Numbered from the stretch's first letter, positions 1-13,425 are shown. The stretch: 64,000 nt of DNA from Camelus dromedarius (GCF_036321535.1 NC_087437.1:55366001-55430000); one strand, 5' to 3'. The notes: generated from the sequence alone by a model not told the origin. A program made the numbers and translations.

Positions 1-1227
1 ATTCAGAAGAGCAGTAAGTAACTAAGTAGAGAAGCTCCTTGGTGAAGCATTTTATTTTATCGAAAGATTTTAAAATAATTTCACAGGAGGTGGTTTATTG
101 AAAAAAATTGGAAAATGTGGCTAAGCAAGATTAAAGTCACCATATTTCCATATCTCAAAGTTAACCAAAATATATGAATGTGCTTTTATATATACATCTT
201 GGTGCGTATTTTTTCTTATTTTTTGTCTTCTATGTACATTTTATTGTGCAAAAATAGGATTATATGCCAAAAATTTCTGTCAATGGCTATACTTCTGTAA
301 CATCCTTTTTCACACTCTGTAACATCTGTTATGAAGATGTACTAAAATTTATTTAAGTTTTGCTGGATATTTAGGCTGTTTCTTGTTCATATCCTTTACC
401 CTGGGAAGGGAAGTGGCTTGCTCTGGCAGGATGGCCCTGAGCTTTCCAGCTGCCAGGAGTGGATGCCCAATGCTGTAAAAACCGGAGGATCAATTACATG
501 CATTTCAGGCTGCTTACGCAAAGATGTGTCTGATACGGAAGTATAAATCAAATTTAGGAGAATTCAGGACAAATATGAGACATTTTTAGCATCATAACAT
601 CCTGCATTAGATCACACTTTTGAATATCTGATCATAAAATTTGTCAGTCTGGTCCTTTAGATCTCTGGTGTTCTTTCGTGGGTCGCTCTGGGCTGTTGTT
701 TTCTTCCCTCAGGCTTCCAGCCAATTATTTATTTACTGCAACTTTGCCCTTCCAATATAGCTTAGCAACATTCTTGCTAAGTTAGAGCCAGGAGTGACCT
801 CAGAGAATATCCAAGCCCACTGCTAAGACACACAAAGGAGATATGATTTATCCAAAGGCAACCAGCAACTTTGGGGCCCTGGCAGGCCTGGAATCTGAGA
901 TTCCTGGCACTTCCCACCACCCATCCACTGCCTGTGACCTTGGACAATGAATGAGAAGTCATAGTAATGAAGGTCTGAACCACTCGTCATCCGCCTGCTT
1001 GGATAACCTTTTCCTCCTATTTTTTGTTCATCTGCTATTAATCCTTAGACATCTAAAAATGGCCTCCTGCCTTCTCTCAACAAAAGTACCCCTCAAGGCT
1101 AATAACTCGAGGTATATTATGATAATCACTTTAGTTGTAGAGAGTGATATTCAAAAGCAGCTTCTTATGAAAGGAACAATACTTGATCTGCATGGGGAAA
1201 GATATATTTAAACTCCCTGTAGGACTC

Positions 1228-1383
1228 NNNNNNNNNNNNNNNNNNNNNNNNNNNNNNNNNNNNNNNNNNNNNNNNNNNNNNNNNNNNNNNNNNNNNNNNN
1301 NNNNNNNNNNNNNNNNNNNNNNNNNNNNNNNNNNNNNNNNNNNNNNNNNNNNNNNNNNNNNNNNNNNNNNNNNNNNNNNNNNN
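1228..1383. other. Assembly gap (156 N)
   Basis: Run of N seen directly. Confidence 0.99.
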
Positions 1384-2784
1384 TAGCCTGTGTTCTATTG
1401 TGAGCAACGAGACTTTAATAAGCAGGTTTGGGACTTCCCATTGTGTGGCAAGATGTCATTGCCTTCATGACACTAATTTGGCTTTCATACGCTCTCCTTT
1501 CCCCCTTCTCTTACCATAGGCTTCCCCGTGTCTTGCTCTTGCATTGGGAACAACTAAATATATTAGTTATATTGTTATTGTCTGTGTGAGCTTCTCTGCT
1601 TTAGAAATTATATGTCTCACTGGGCAAAAGATTTCTTGACTCCCCTCCTTACACCGAAATCCTTTGAAGATTGTAATAAAGTTGACGTTTCTATCTGAGG
1701 GCAGACAATTAACAATGATAGAATCAGATGCATTTCCTTCATTGTCAGGGAGAGATCAATTTGCCTGGGCTTTACAAATCATATTCAATTTAGAGCCGGT
1801 TTTCTTACCTTATGGATTTTCCACAAAGCCAACCCGCTCTGGACATAAGGATGCCCACGAGAGAGCTCTCACCTTGTCTGAGCCCCCAGCAGCATCCCTT
1901 CTAGACTGCCCCCTCCTCTCACTGTCTACTAAGGAGTCCAGCCCATGGGAAAATATTAGCAGCCAATATGAGTACCGTTTGTGTGACAACTGGCTCCAGG
2001 CTAGTCTAGCTCAAGGAAACACAAGGAAACAAATTCATATGTCTTTCAAATTTCTTCAGTACGTTTGTTTTGACTGAAAATATTTAGTGCTAGACTATTA
2101 GAGATGATATTGCCCATTATGCTATGTAGTGACTTATAAATGTGGATCCCCCGAATGACTTTTTTCTTAAAATTTTATTTATTTATTTATTTATTTTAGT
2201 ATTAGAAATGTATGTGTATTTTCCTTGCTAAGCTTTCTTTTATTGGATAATGAGTACATATCATTCCATCACACTTTCCTATTCATTTTAGGCTGCAAGG
2301 AGTCTCAGAGCTAATTGTTCCACTGAAGCAACCATTTGATCCCCAAATCCCAGTACAACAATTTCCCTTCTATTTAATATTAACAAGGAGAATAATCATA
2401 AAATCTGTTATTACTCAGCGTTACCAAATGTTTTTGGAATTTCCTAGCTGCTCTAGTACAGATAATGTTATCTTTTCCATCTAATAAATGATAAACTGAT
2501 GCCTGGAATGACAAGATGACTTAAGGTGGGTGTCACAGGAAGCAGAAAGGCTGAGATTTAAAACCTCGTCCTGGACACAAGGCAAAGTGTTCACGCACTG
2601 TATTTCATTTTTGACACTAAATAGCTGGAGTTAATTCATTATGGTAATCAATATGTCAGGATACACTGCATAACTGCTCCGTGCAGGCATGACTGATGTT
2701 CCTGCTGAAGGTAAGAATGCAGGCAGTGAGGACACGGACAGAACTCCAGAGACTTCCAAACTGCTCTTTAAAGAGCACACTTCA

Positions 2785-3290
2785 TTTTTAATGTTTAACT
2801 TTTGAAAAGGTGTACAGTAGAACAACGTCTCCATCCATCAAGTTCCTTCCCTACCCTTAGGGTACCACCGTTAGCATTTTCTACATATCCTTCTACAGTG
2901 GCATGTACAAACAAACTTAAATACTTATCCATTCTCCTTTTTACACAAAAAGGTGGCATACTGACCCTTCTGAATATTTTTGTCTTTCACTTAGTAATAA
3001 ATTTTGAAAACTTTACCTATAAGTGTGTTTCTTCATTTTGTTAAACATATTTAGCATATTTCATTGCATGGCTGTGTCCCATGATGTATCTAACAAGTTT
3101 CCCATTGATAGATATTTGCATTATTTCCAAATTTTTGCTGTCCAAAAACAAGGCTACGAAGGACACTGTATACTTATGTCATTCTGTACACATGCAGGAG
3201 CGTCTACAGTATAACTTCACACAAATGGAATGTGTGGATTGAAGGATAGATCATTTTGGTAGATTTTGCCAAATGCTTCCCATGGGGAAG
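2785..3290 (-). mobile_element. Ancient L1 3'-end fragment (L1ME/L1MC-like)
   Basis: Degenerate motifs typical of antisense old L1 3' ends (catttcattgcatggctgtg, cccattgatagatatttgcattatttccaa, ttttgccaaatgcttccc). Confidence 0.6.
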
Positions 3291-4715
3291 ACAAGTAAGG
3301 TTTTGAAAAATTCTGCATTCTTACATTCATCTGCACATATTTTTGGCGAAGTGCCTGGTATAAAAACATTCAACAAAATGCTTATTTTAGGATTATTTCA
3401 TTATTCTTCAGTTCCACTCAAATTTTTTTTCTTCTAAAAGTATTCATTTCACTACCAAGTTATATTAGCTTGAGGCAGAAATTATGTGACTATAGGAAGA
3501 GAGACAGGAAAAACAGCCATGATGAGTCACCAAAGAAAGTGTCATTTTTTTAGAGCACTGACCAGTGGGCCTGGTAAAGTCAGGCTGCGTCACGAGGAGC
3601 TGAGGATGGTGACAAGACAATTGTCATGGAATCATAGGAAATATCCCTGCAGGGTAGCCCCATCCTACCAGCGGGATCACTGGACATCAGTGATGTTGGC
3701 ACAACCTCCTCTGTCAGTGGGAGCTCAAGGCATATTTGATTCATGTCTCAGAACTTACAGATTTCATGACACACAGGTTTTGGCAGGCCTAGGGTACCAC
3801 ATTAGCTCCCTGACAACTCTTTAACCAGCAGCAGAGGTTGACAAAAGAGTCAGAAACCATTCAGCCCACTGACTGACTGTCCAATTCAACAGGAAACTTG
3901 TTAAAACTGAGAAGTCAGAATATCTTGGTATAAAGGCTATGATCGTATTTTCTTAAAGATTCCCAGGAGGTTTTGCTCATCATCTTGGCTCAGAAACTCT
4001 TGGTTCAGTCTACTCAGTTGTCTTACAGAGAAGGAAACGGAGCCCAAGAAAAGTCAAACAATTGGCCGTAGGCCACAGAATTTATTCATGACACATCTGG
4101 ACGATGGACCCAGGTCACTCAACTCTGGTCAGTTGTCCCGTCCATTTCCTGGATGACTTGGGCTGGTGGGGAGCTGCACAGATACAGTTCTACACCACCT
4201 TCCACCACTTCATCTGGAGCAGCTTCATTCTTTTTCTATACTTTACACATGGACTCGTCTAAGATTTCTCTTAACCAATGCACTCTGTGGCCAACATCTT
4301 TCAAAGCCTTTTATCATAGCTTGAGAACACAGGCAAACCAGCATCCTACAACACCTCCCCTCTGGGAGGAAAAGATAACTTGCATGGGTCCTAGCCAGGC
4401 TAGTGTCCCTGTTTCCTTTTGGGAGAGAACAGTCTCAGGCTAGGAGGGTTAGAAATGTTAATATTTATGGAAGAGTAGATATTTAGCATAAAACCCTATT
4501 GTATAGAGAATATATGAGAACTTGAGAAGTACTTGTCCCAGGGTTGGGCATGAGGCCATCACTGTGTTGTAGGCCTGGAAGTGGGGTGTCTGGGGTTCCT
4601 GTCTGGTCTCTGTCACTTTTCAGCTGAATGAACTTGACAAGTTACTTCCCTACACAGACTCCTTCTTTCTGCACCTATAAAATGAAACAGCTTGTGATAG
4701 GTAAGCTCTGGGCTG

Positions 4716-4901
4716 CAGGGGTTCTCAGCCTTGGCTATACATTGGCGTCCTCTGGGATGCTTCCAGAAATCCTGATGAACTGTTATGTGGGTCCCGTCCC
4801 CTGAGTATCTGATATGATTGGCCTGGCGCACAGCTTGGCCATTAGGATCTTTACAAGCTCCCCTGGTGATTCTGATGAGTAGCCAAGATTGAGAATATCT
4901 G
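4716..4901 (+). mobile_element. hAT-Charlie MITE, MER5B-like
   Basis: Starts caggggttctcagccttggct, contains ggtgattctgatg and ends ttgagaatatctg. Confidence 0.7.
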
Positions 4902-4909
4902 CCAGAGAA

Positions 4910-5089
4910 CAATGGTTCTCATAGGAGAGTCCACACCCACAGCATCACCTGGGAACTTGTTGGAAATGCAGATTCTCAGGCTTACCCCAGAACCACTGAA
5001 CCAGAAACTCTAGGGACAGGGTCCAGAAATCTGTGCTTAAAAACACACTTCAGGTGATTCTGATGTGCCCTGAAGTTTAAGAATCATTG
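4910..5089 (+). mobile_element. hAT-Charlie MITE, MER5A-like
   Basis: Imperfect terminal inverted repeats CAATGGTTCTCA / TAAGAATCATTG. The internal agcatcacctgggaacttgttggaaatgcagattctcagg matches recalled MER5A. Confidence 0.8.
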
Positions 5090-5666
5090 AGCTAGAAGGC
5101 CTATTAATTTCTTATTAAGGTAGGTGTTAATCCATTTTTAAGCTAGAGATCGGCTCGTCATAGGAATACCTATTTGGAGAAGGGTGAAGAAAGAGAAGTA
5201 AGGAGACAAAAAAAGTTCACTTCCCAAAGCCAGCTAAAAGTATACTCAGTGCACTGGAGGAAGGTTTCCCTTTTGTGTTTTAAAGCCATGTACTCTTTGA
5301 AGAGAGAACAGTTTGATTTTTTTTTTTAATGTATATATTGCTAAATGCATTGACCTTCCTGATAAACATGTTGTTTGTCAGAAAAACTTATTCCCTGAAA
5401 ATGGCTGTCTCCATTTCTATGGGAAAGTATGAGCCAGATTATGGAAGCCTCACAGGACCCGATCACCTTTGACCCAAGGAGAGCAGCTTAGTAAATACCA
5501 GAGTTTAAGGCAGCTTTCTGGAAGGCAGGGCCTATGAAAGCAGGCAAACCCAAGAACTATCTTTCCTGGTCAGCTTTCTGGAGGAGCTGCAGGGATACAG
5601 TAAATGATCATAAGCACAAAGAGAACTCAGTCTTCTCTAAACTAGGTATTTTCTTTTCCCACTCAG

Positions 5667-5758
5667 CCAGGGGCCATTGAGACCGCCATGGAAGACTTGA
5701 AAGGCCACGTTGACAAGACTTCTGGAGAGACCATTCAAGGCTTCTGGCTCTTGACAGA
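5667..5758 (+). CDS. TPRG1: TPRG1 internal coding exon (92 nt, phase 0 to phase 2; likely exon 3 by human numbering): PGAIETAMEDLKGHVDKTSGETIQGFWLLT(E)
   Basis: Acceptor ttcttttcccactcAG ends at 5666 and donor GTGAGT starts at 5759. The translation closely matches recalled human PGAIETAMEDLKGHVAETSGETIQGFWLLTK. Too short to appear in the ORF track. Confidence 0.93.
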
Positions 5759-7116
5759 GTGAGTAGTTATGACTAAGCAAAAGGCAGTGGGAATCTACCA
5801 TTTTCCTTGACAATACCATAATAGAATAGGAGATGGGTGTGTGGAAGAATTTATCCTGGATTCTGTGTAAGATAATCAATTGACATGCCCAGTTGGAGAG
5901 TAATGTTTCATGGTGCCTCATGGCCGATGGTACAGCCAGGTGTGACTTCTACAGCTGTTTTCCAGGCTAGTTGCTTCACTCAAGCCCCCCCATGCCTACC
6001 TTAGATCAGGCCCTCATCACTGCTCTCAAGGGCTAGTGAGTCAGCTTCCTAACTGATGTGTCTGGTTCCATCTCTGTCTTGTAAGAGTTCTTCCTCCAAC
6101 CTCAGCCGGCTACTTACCGTCCCAGTAGAAATAAGCGTTAGGAAAGAGGGTGAATGAGGTCAACATATTAGTTTGAAGTTTATCTTATGTACAGTAACAT
6201 GAGCAGCAAAACGAGGGAACTCATGCAGGATAGGGAAGAGGGGCCACCTGTCCAGAGTTAGGATAAAAACCAAATCTAACACTGACGTCCTATTCCTTTA
6301 ATAGCTGCTCTCTTCACCCCCAATGCTTATCTCATCAACAGGGGTTTTCAATGCAAATGACACCATGAAGATGGTTACCTTTCTGTCCTATATGAAACTC
6401 TAGTGTCTGGGTGACTTTTTTTTTTACCCACCAAGCAAATATTAGGAATGTCATGGTCTCTATAATCATAAGTAAAGTACATAATAAGGGTAAGAGGCAC
6501 CTCTTTTCTTCCACAGAATCCATACTATTAAATGGAGAATACAATTAGAACTCTATTTCAAATACTTAATCGGTTCTGTAAATTTCTTGTCAATACGATC
6601 ATCACAGGTTCCAACAGAAAACTCAGTAATTTCTATACCTTGAGTGAAGAATCATTTAATCTTTCGCCTCTGGGCAGGACATCTTTAACTAAGTTTTAAG
6701 AGAGCAACGCTGGAATGTTTAAACATCCAGCTGAGCAGAACAAATCCCTCAATGGAACACAGAATTAAATAACCGGTTAAGTCCATCTGTCTGACCACTA
6801 TGTTGTATTATTGTAGCAAATGAGTTCCAAGAATTGAATTAAAATAAACTTTTGAAAACCTGACAGGTTCTGAGCACTTTTGTCTTCATCTATAAATTGG
6901 AGATAATGATATATAACTGAAGAGTTGTTATGAAGACTAAACAATGTAACACTGTGAAATTCTTAACAAAGTCCCCAGAACACAGTGGATTTTAAATGGG
7001 CAGTACTATCCTTACTCTCATAAGTACTAACCATTGATAAAAGGTCCTTTTCTTTTGGTAACCTCTACATTTATGCCTATCCTATCTGCCTCTATCTCTA
7101 TCATCTCTGGGTTACC

Positions 7117-7138
7117 CTTTTTTTTTTTATTTGAAGTT
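7117..7138 (-). mobile_element. Extremely 5'-truncated L1-type insertion (poly-A plus ~10 nt) with TSD
   Basis: Direct repeat ATCTCTGGGTTACC at 7103-7116 and 7139-7152 flanks a T tract plus ATTTGAAGTT, which resembles the antisense L1 terminus TTTTATTGAAGT seen elsewhere in the window. Confidence 0.7.
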
Positions 7139-9107
7139 ATCTCTGGGTTACCTTTAATGAAAAGTCTATAATTCAGGCTTTTCATTTATTCACTTTTACC
7201 AACCTACATTTTATTCTCCACTCTCCACCTCCCATTGCAGAATGAAATAGGGCTTGTGCAAATGAAAAGTCTCCCTTGATTAGGATAAATATCAACTTAA
7301 ATGCTGAAGGTCACATCAAAAGTAAACACCTGCTTTGTCTCTACAATGTGTCTTACTTATAAGAAAGAATGCACAAATGTGGTCTTTCAAAATCCAGGGT
7401 GGCAGTTTTTGAATTCTCACATAATAGAACCAGTCACTTCTTTAATGGTGCTTTTTTTTTTTTCCGTATAGAACTTTGACTTGGTTTTTTGTTTGTTCGA
7501 ATGTTTTTGTTCAGTGATTATAATGGCCTGTAGACAGCAATTGTCCAAATATAAATCTGATTATGTGATCTGCATTGAGGCTTAGCACCACAATTGTGTG
7601 CTTGATATAACATCAACTAGGATGATGGCTAAAAACAGCTATTTTCAGATAAGTACAAACAGCTTAGCCCCAAAGACCTAAGTTTTGTATGTAGCTCTGC
7701 ACCTAATAGGAACTCAAAGAGTTGATGAGGACTCTGGCAGCCAGTTTTCCATTTCTCTTTTGTTTGTGGTGCCCAATTTAATTAAAATCAAAGTGAGGCA
7801 ATATAGCCTGTGCATGAAGAGCTTCAAGCAATCACATTTGTTTATTTGTTGTCAGACTTTCTTCCTTTGCACATTGGAACCCATCTCTCCTCTTTAAATA
7901 GTACTTTTGTGTTCGTTTTTGGTCATCCTTTCCACCAAAATTCTTTTACTCCTCCCCAAACCCTCCATCGAAGTATACTTTCAAGAAAAGATCTGATTCC
8001 AATCATTTCTACTATAGTAAGAATCTGACAGTTTCTTTTCCTTGCCTGTTAATTGTTAAAGCTAGATCAGACTGTATTCTTGTAATGGACAGAGCTCCCG
8101 GTTGTAAAGAAGATGGTTCAGGCATCTGGGCTAAGTGAATAGTCTCCGAGTCACTGTGACTGTTTAAGCAGAAGATGGGAGGCTATTTATCAAAGGAGGG
8201 TCATGCATATAGGTTTTGAATGACTTTTCACACTTAAGTCCTCTGTTTGTAGGACAACAACATAGGGAAAGGCAGAAACAACAACAGCAAAAAACAATCA
8301 AACAAAACCCGAAACCTCCAAAATAACAACAGTAAAACTAAACAAAACAAACATATAAACACACAGGCTCAGAAAGATGAGCGCTTGGGGCTGCTTTTGT
8401 CCGTTTCCTCTTTTTCCTGATGGACTGAGACCCAGCCATTCAGCTTTCATGAGTTACATGGCTGGGATGTAGACCAATTTCTCCAGCACACAAGACTCTT
8501 CAATCATAACCCTTTTTGTATGTGTCAGAGACGACTGGGTTTTATGTACATCAACTTTCAGCTCCTTTTGGGAAGATGAGAAATCCCTGACTGCTCATCT
8601 GGTGGGGTAAAGAACATCTGCTTTCAACCCAGGGTTCCTGTTTCAGAAAGATAAGTAGTAAGAAACTTTAAATGTAATATATAGCACATTTCAAAGTATC
8701 TTCATGGCCATGAACTTGCTTTGTCTTCCCTACATCCTTGCTGGTTTATGATTTCCATTTTACAGGTGAGAAGTGGAGACTAGGGAGGATGAAGTGGCCA
8801 GTTAAGATCACATAAGTGATGGAGCAGAAAAGATGGACTACGGCCCTGCATTATCTGGGTTCTGGTTCTTTCCCAAAGGATGTAAGATGTAGGTGAGGCG
8901 CGACTAACGAGCCCAGTTTAATCATTAGTCATGGTTGGCCAAACTCCTAGAGGTAACTTGGTACAGGAGGGCTAGGTGGAAACTGTTGAGAGAGGAAACT
9001 TGAAAATTGTGTCACGTTTAAGAACTTTGAGTCTATCCCTTAGGTGATAGGGAGGAACGGATGGGTGAGAAAGTGTGAGTGTATTTATATTTTTATGAAG
9101 ATCACTA

Positions 9108-9428
9108 AAGGTCCACAATCCCTTATTCAAAATCCTTGGGGCCACATGTGAATCAGGTTGAGAATTTCTCAGATTTTAGAAATGTTGTTTCTAAACAACA
9201 ACAAACGATACATACATTGTTTATTTTAGGCCCCAGTGGAGATCTGTGCCAGCCCCCTTAATCAAACATATTAATATCTTTGCTGGGAAACATACGATAC
9301 TAAAAATAGAAAAAAATGGCCTCAGGCTGGTTCAGATCTGGTTTTACCACAAAGTGAGTTTGCACCAGGACTGCAATTTCAGAGCTTTGCTGAATTTGGA
9401 ATTGGGAGTGAGGGTTTGTCCTGGCCTG
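9108..9428 (+). mobile_element. TcMar-Tigger MITE, MER46C-like
   Basis: Left end (ta)aAGGTCCACAATCCCTTAT and degenerate inverted right end gtgagggtttgtcctggcctg(tg). The internal taatcaaacatattaatat matches the recalled consensus. Confidence 0.75.
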
Positions 9429-9514
9429 TGCATAACTGAGATGTGGAGCATCAGTGAGTTGGGGGAGGCCAGGTGACGATTAGCTACCTGTGCAGTGCTG
9501 GCGAGGGACTGATC

Positions 9515-10130
9515 CAGTGGCGAGCCGGAGCTGGTTCACGCTGGCTCATGAGAGGTGAATGCTATGTAGAACTTTGAGAATTTTAAAAGAGTTAATTGTT
9601 AATTATTAAAATTGAATATAGTTTCACAACTTAAGATTATACATAAAATCAAACCAAATTCACAGCAAATACATTAAATTTAAAACAAGGGTAATATACT
9701 CAAAACCCCTCATCTTCTGATGATTTGACTTCGTTTTGCTGTTACGCATGCTCTTGGGGTTGTTTACGCCTGTTCTCTTTAGTGGGTGGAGATGCTATAA
9801 GACAGTGTGCTTCTGCTCACCTCTTACCAGCTGCACACTCAGTGAGGTCATGTTGGTAGCTTGGCACTGGCCCTGGTGGCAGCGACTACACCATGGAAAT
9901 AAGCAAACCCTAGAAATCAGAGTTTAATTTACTGTTTTGTTGATCGTCTGAACTCAGGAAGGTAAAGGAAGGCATGTTAACGGCGCAGATTAAGTTTAAA
10001 AGTGTGTCGTGGCTGTGGCTGTGACATTGTCAGAGCACAAAATAAGTTGAGGAAATATCCTTCCAGCATTCAAAAACTATTATCCTGTTCAGTAAGAAAG
10101 TCACCATTTTCACCAATGGAGGGGTGAAGT
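9515..10130 (+). mobile_element. hAT-Tip100 DNA transposon fossil (Arthur1-like)
   Basis: 5' end cagtggcgagccggagctggttcacgctggctcatgagag; internal catgttggtagcttg and aaaagtgtgtcgtg resemble the recalled Arthur1 consensus. Confidence 0.6.
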
Positions 10131-12199
10131 CTGGACAGGCAGCTGAGGAGAGATTAACGCCAGGCAGGAGCTGCAGACTTGCAGTGGGTCTGTGTTCTGG
10201 ACCCGTGGCTGGGGCAGAGGCCATTGGCTGTTCTCACAACTCGTTTGTCATAGAGCATATACTGAAGGGTGCGTTAGGAACCGGGAAGCCATAAACTGAT
10301 AATTGACATGGCTGGACTTTGTGGATCTTTGCGTTGAATCATCTGTGGGGAAGGGGTTCAGGGTAATTCTCAGGCTTTGGTCTGGAAAACAGATGGGGTG
10401 TCTGTGCCACTGTTCCAGGTGGAGAAGGACATGGTAACTCTACCTTACTGAGAAACTGCCATATGCCAGACACTGGAGAAGAAACTTTGTGCGCACAATC
10501 TCACTTAATCCTCCCAACAATCCTGTTATTCACTTTTTACAGAACTTGTTGAGTATAGTTTTGCGGGGAAAAACGTGTCTGAAGTGTTTATAGAGCCTCT
10601 CATGGTGGTGTTGAGTAGATGGCTTTACATTGGGGTCCAGATGCCATCTGCATTGGTAGTTTTCAAAAGAGATGGTAATCCTGACACATCTGTGTAGCCT
10701 TGCCTTTTATAGAAGCTAAGGACATGAAAAGTCATTAAGTTCGTCACGGCATTTTCCAAGGGATGAACCAAATTGGTTCAAGTGAGCTTCTCTGTGATGT
10801 TCTAACTTTACACAGATATATCATTCAGCAAAATTATAAAAATGAGTTTGAAGGCACTTTGGTGGAGAATATGAGAAGGGTGAACAGAGAGACCAAAAGG
10901 AGAACTGGAGAGATGGAATCAACTCCAGCAAGATCCCAGTTAGCTGAAACCATGAAGGTGCCCTATGGAGATTCCAGTTAGGACCCAGGTCTCCAACAGA
11001 GCCCATCTGGGAGGCTTATATGCCTCTGTAGCTATCATGACAGGATGGTGTTCAGCTCTACTTTATCGCCTTCTCTCACTGTCTTTCTTGGCCCTTCTGG
11101 GAAAGGACTTTTAAAATAAATAGCGTGTTCCCTTTTAGAAGCGATCCATCAAGCTAGCACCAAGGAGAACATCTTGACCCTCTGTGGAGTCTCAAAAAGC
11201 ACGATGCAATGGCAATGAAGTGGCTCTTCAGTTGAATGTCCTCAAGACGTCTTTGTCTGCGGCGGTTAAGGAGGTGGGAGGGGATGGGCTCTTCCCTCCA
11301 CACACATTAGTGTGTAGTGGTGGTGGGGAGGATGTTGTTCTTATTCCTCTTATTCCTGAACAAAAAGACTTGCCTCTAGTGGCCGGGATCAAGTAGCTCT
11401 CGCTCTTCATCTTTGTAGAAGAGTCTTTCAACATGTGCCATTGTCTACCTCTCCCTAAGTCCACCGAGGTTTCTATCCGAGGTCTTCGGTACAACAACTA
11501 TGTGAAATCCAGCTAACTATCTGTGTTGAACATGTAGACAGTAGAATGAAAGCGAAGTCAAGGAAGCAGCCTGGTGTCATAGAAAAGAGTCCTGAACTCG
11601 GAATGAGATGACTCAACTTGGATTCCCGGCTCTGCTACTCATTATCAGTGTAGCTGGGTGAACTTGAGTAAGCTTTGCCTTTCTTTTTTTTAAATTAGTG
11701 AATTTTTCTTAATATATTCTTTAATCCATTAGAACTTCACTGCTCTTGAAAGAAGCACAATCACTGTTGATTTTTGGTGTATATCATTCTGGCTTTTCTC
11801 CACGCAGTTTTGTCAAAGATGATTATAGCATTAATAGATAATGTTTATTGAGCACTCAAATTATACCAAGTGTGTGATAAGTGCTTTGCTTGCATTTGCT
11901 TTTATGTTGGTATAATGCATATAATTTTGATGCTCTCTCCATAGAATTTCTCTTAGGTTTTGTTCCTCATATTTTTCTTGGTTATTATGTGGTTTTTGTA
12001 AAGTATTAGACAATTACTTTTAAACTGTCAATGGCTACACTAATTTAAAGGTTTATATTATTCTTTTGAAATTGAAACATCAAGTGAGAGATATTTACCA
12101 GTGGGCCGGAGTAGCATTCCACAGTGGGAAAGAGAAACAAAAATGTATAAGGCATTCTCTGTTGATTTTTTATACAAAATAATAAGTAATATTTCTCTA

Positions 12200-12370
12200 G
12201 CACTTTATAGCTTAAAAATTACTCTTCTTCATCTAATTCAATCTTCACAGCAATTGTCTGAGGTAGGAAACATTAGCTCCAGTTTGCAGACGAAGAACTC
12301 AAGGCTCAGAAGCATAACGCAGCTCTAAAGTAGCAGAGCTAGAAATCCAATGCATTATGCTGCCCTGATT
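12200..12370 (-). mobile_element. MIR SINE
   Basis: Antisense MIR core (ctaattcaatcttcacagcaa...tttgcagacgaagaactcaaggctcaga). Confidence 0.65.
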
Positions 12371-13254
12371 TTTGCTAAAATGGTCCTTTTGCTATTGTGC
12401 CCAGATTCCATATGTGATCTTATCAGATTGTAACTGGTTGGAATAAAATCAGAAATTTTGTTTCTTGGGTTTGGTGGAGTAAGTGGAAGTGTGTAGGGCA
12501 TCTCTGCTTAATTTAGAATGATTTCCCAAAAGAAAGAGCTTTCCTGAATGTTTAAAAAAAAAAAAAAAAAAAAGCATCCTGAGAGATGCAGGAGCACTGA
12601 GGCACAGGGAGACTGCGAACGATTTCCCAGGTACAGGATGTGTCTGAAATACACTGATCCCCAAAGCAGCGATGCATGTGTCTGCTTTACACCTGCTCTC
12701 ACATTTGATCCTCAAATAGACCCATGGGAGAAAGCAAGGAGGAACTATTGGCTTTATTTTATGGATGAAGAAACCCAGAGATTAAATGACCTGTCTGAGG
12801 GCAGCCACTTATTAAGGGTCACAGGAGGGCTCGACTTCACGGAACTTCTGTCCCAGCCTTGCTGTCTTCTCATCGCACTGCTCCTGCTGCCTTTTGTGAT
12901 TTTTCATCTCCTGACACAGCCATCACCACGGTTTAAATTGTTTACATGATCTTTGTGCCTGTGTCTGGTTTCTCTGTTGATTGTCTATTGTTTGCAGGGA
13001 GGAGGACAGAGCTGTTGGGCAGGTTCAGAGACCTTTTCCTCTTTTCCTCTCCGGATCTTTCTGGACCTGTGTTGTGCATTTGACTTTATTTAGTTTTTCT
13101 TTTCCCATAATCAACTGAAAAAATCAGATACCTGCAGGGAATGCTGGATACTGCTGTTGGGCTGAGGTCAATCTTACTTTTATCTTGTGACATCTAATTA
13201 GATGTCTAATTTTTCATTTGTAATGAAAAACTGCTCCTAATAATTAAAAACAAA

Positions 13255-13305
13255 AACAATCAATCAAACAAACAAACAAACAAAAAAACAAAACCCAAAC
13301 AAATT
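13255..13305. repeat. (AAAC)n / A-rich simple repeat
   Basis: caatcaatcaaacaaacaaacaaacaaaaaaacaaaacccaaacaaa seen directly. Confidence 0.85.
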
Positions 13306-13425
13306 GGGAGTCAGGGATTGCTAACCTTTTGGTCATGAATAGTAAACATCATACGCAAATTAACAACCTGAAATGTATCTCCTACCCAACCTCACTCATT
13401 TTTGCAAAGTGCCATCTATTCTAGG

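Noticed and set aside
5637-5921. 94-aa antisense ORF over the 92-nt exon (and the 97-aa antisense ORF at 25757-26050 over the other exon)
   Set aside because: Shadow ORFs opposite real coding exons; no recognisable protein and no supporting splice or promoter signals.
8755-8775. Apparent overlapping acceptor/donor ttttacAG|GTGAGA
   Set aside because: This is the standard antisense MIR core motif, repeated many times in the window; no exon support.
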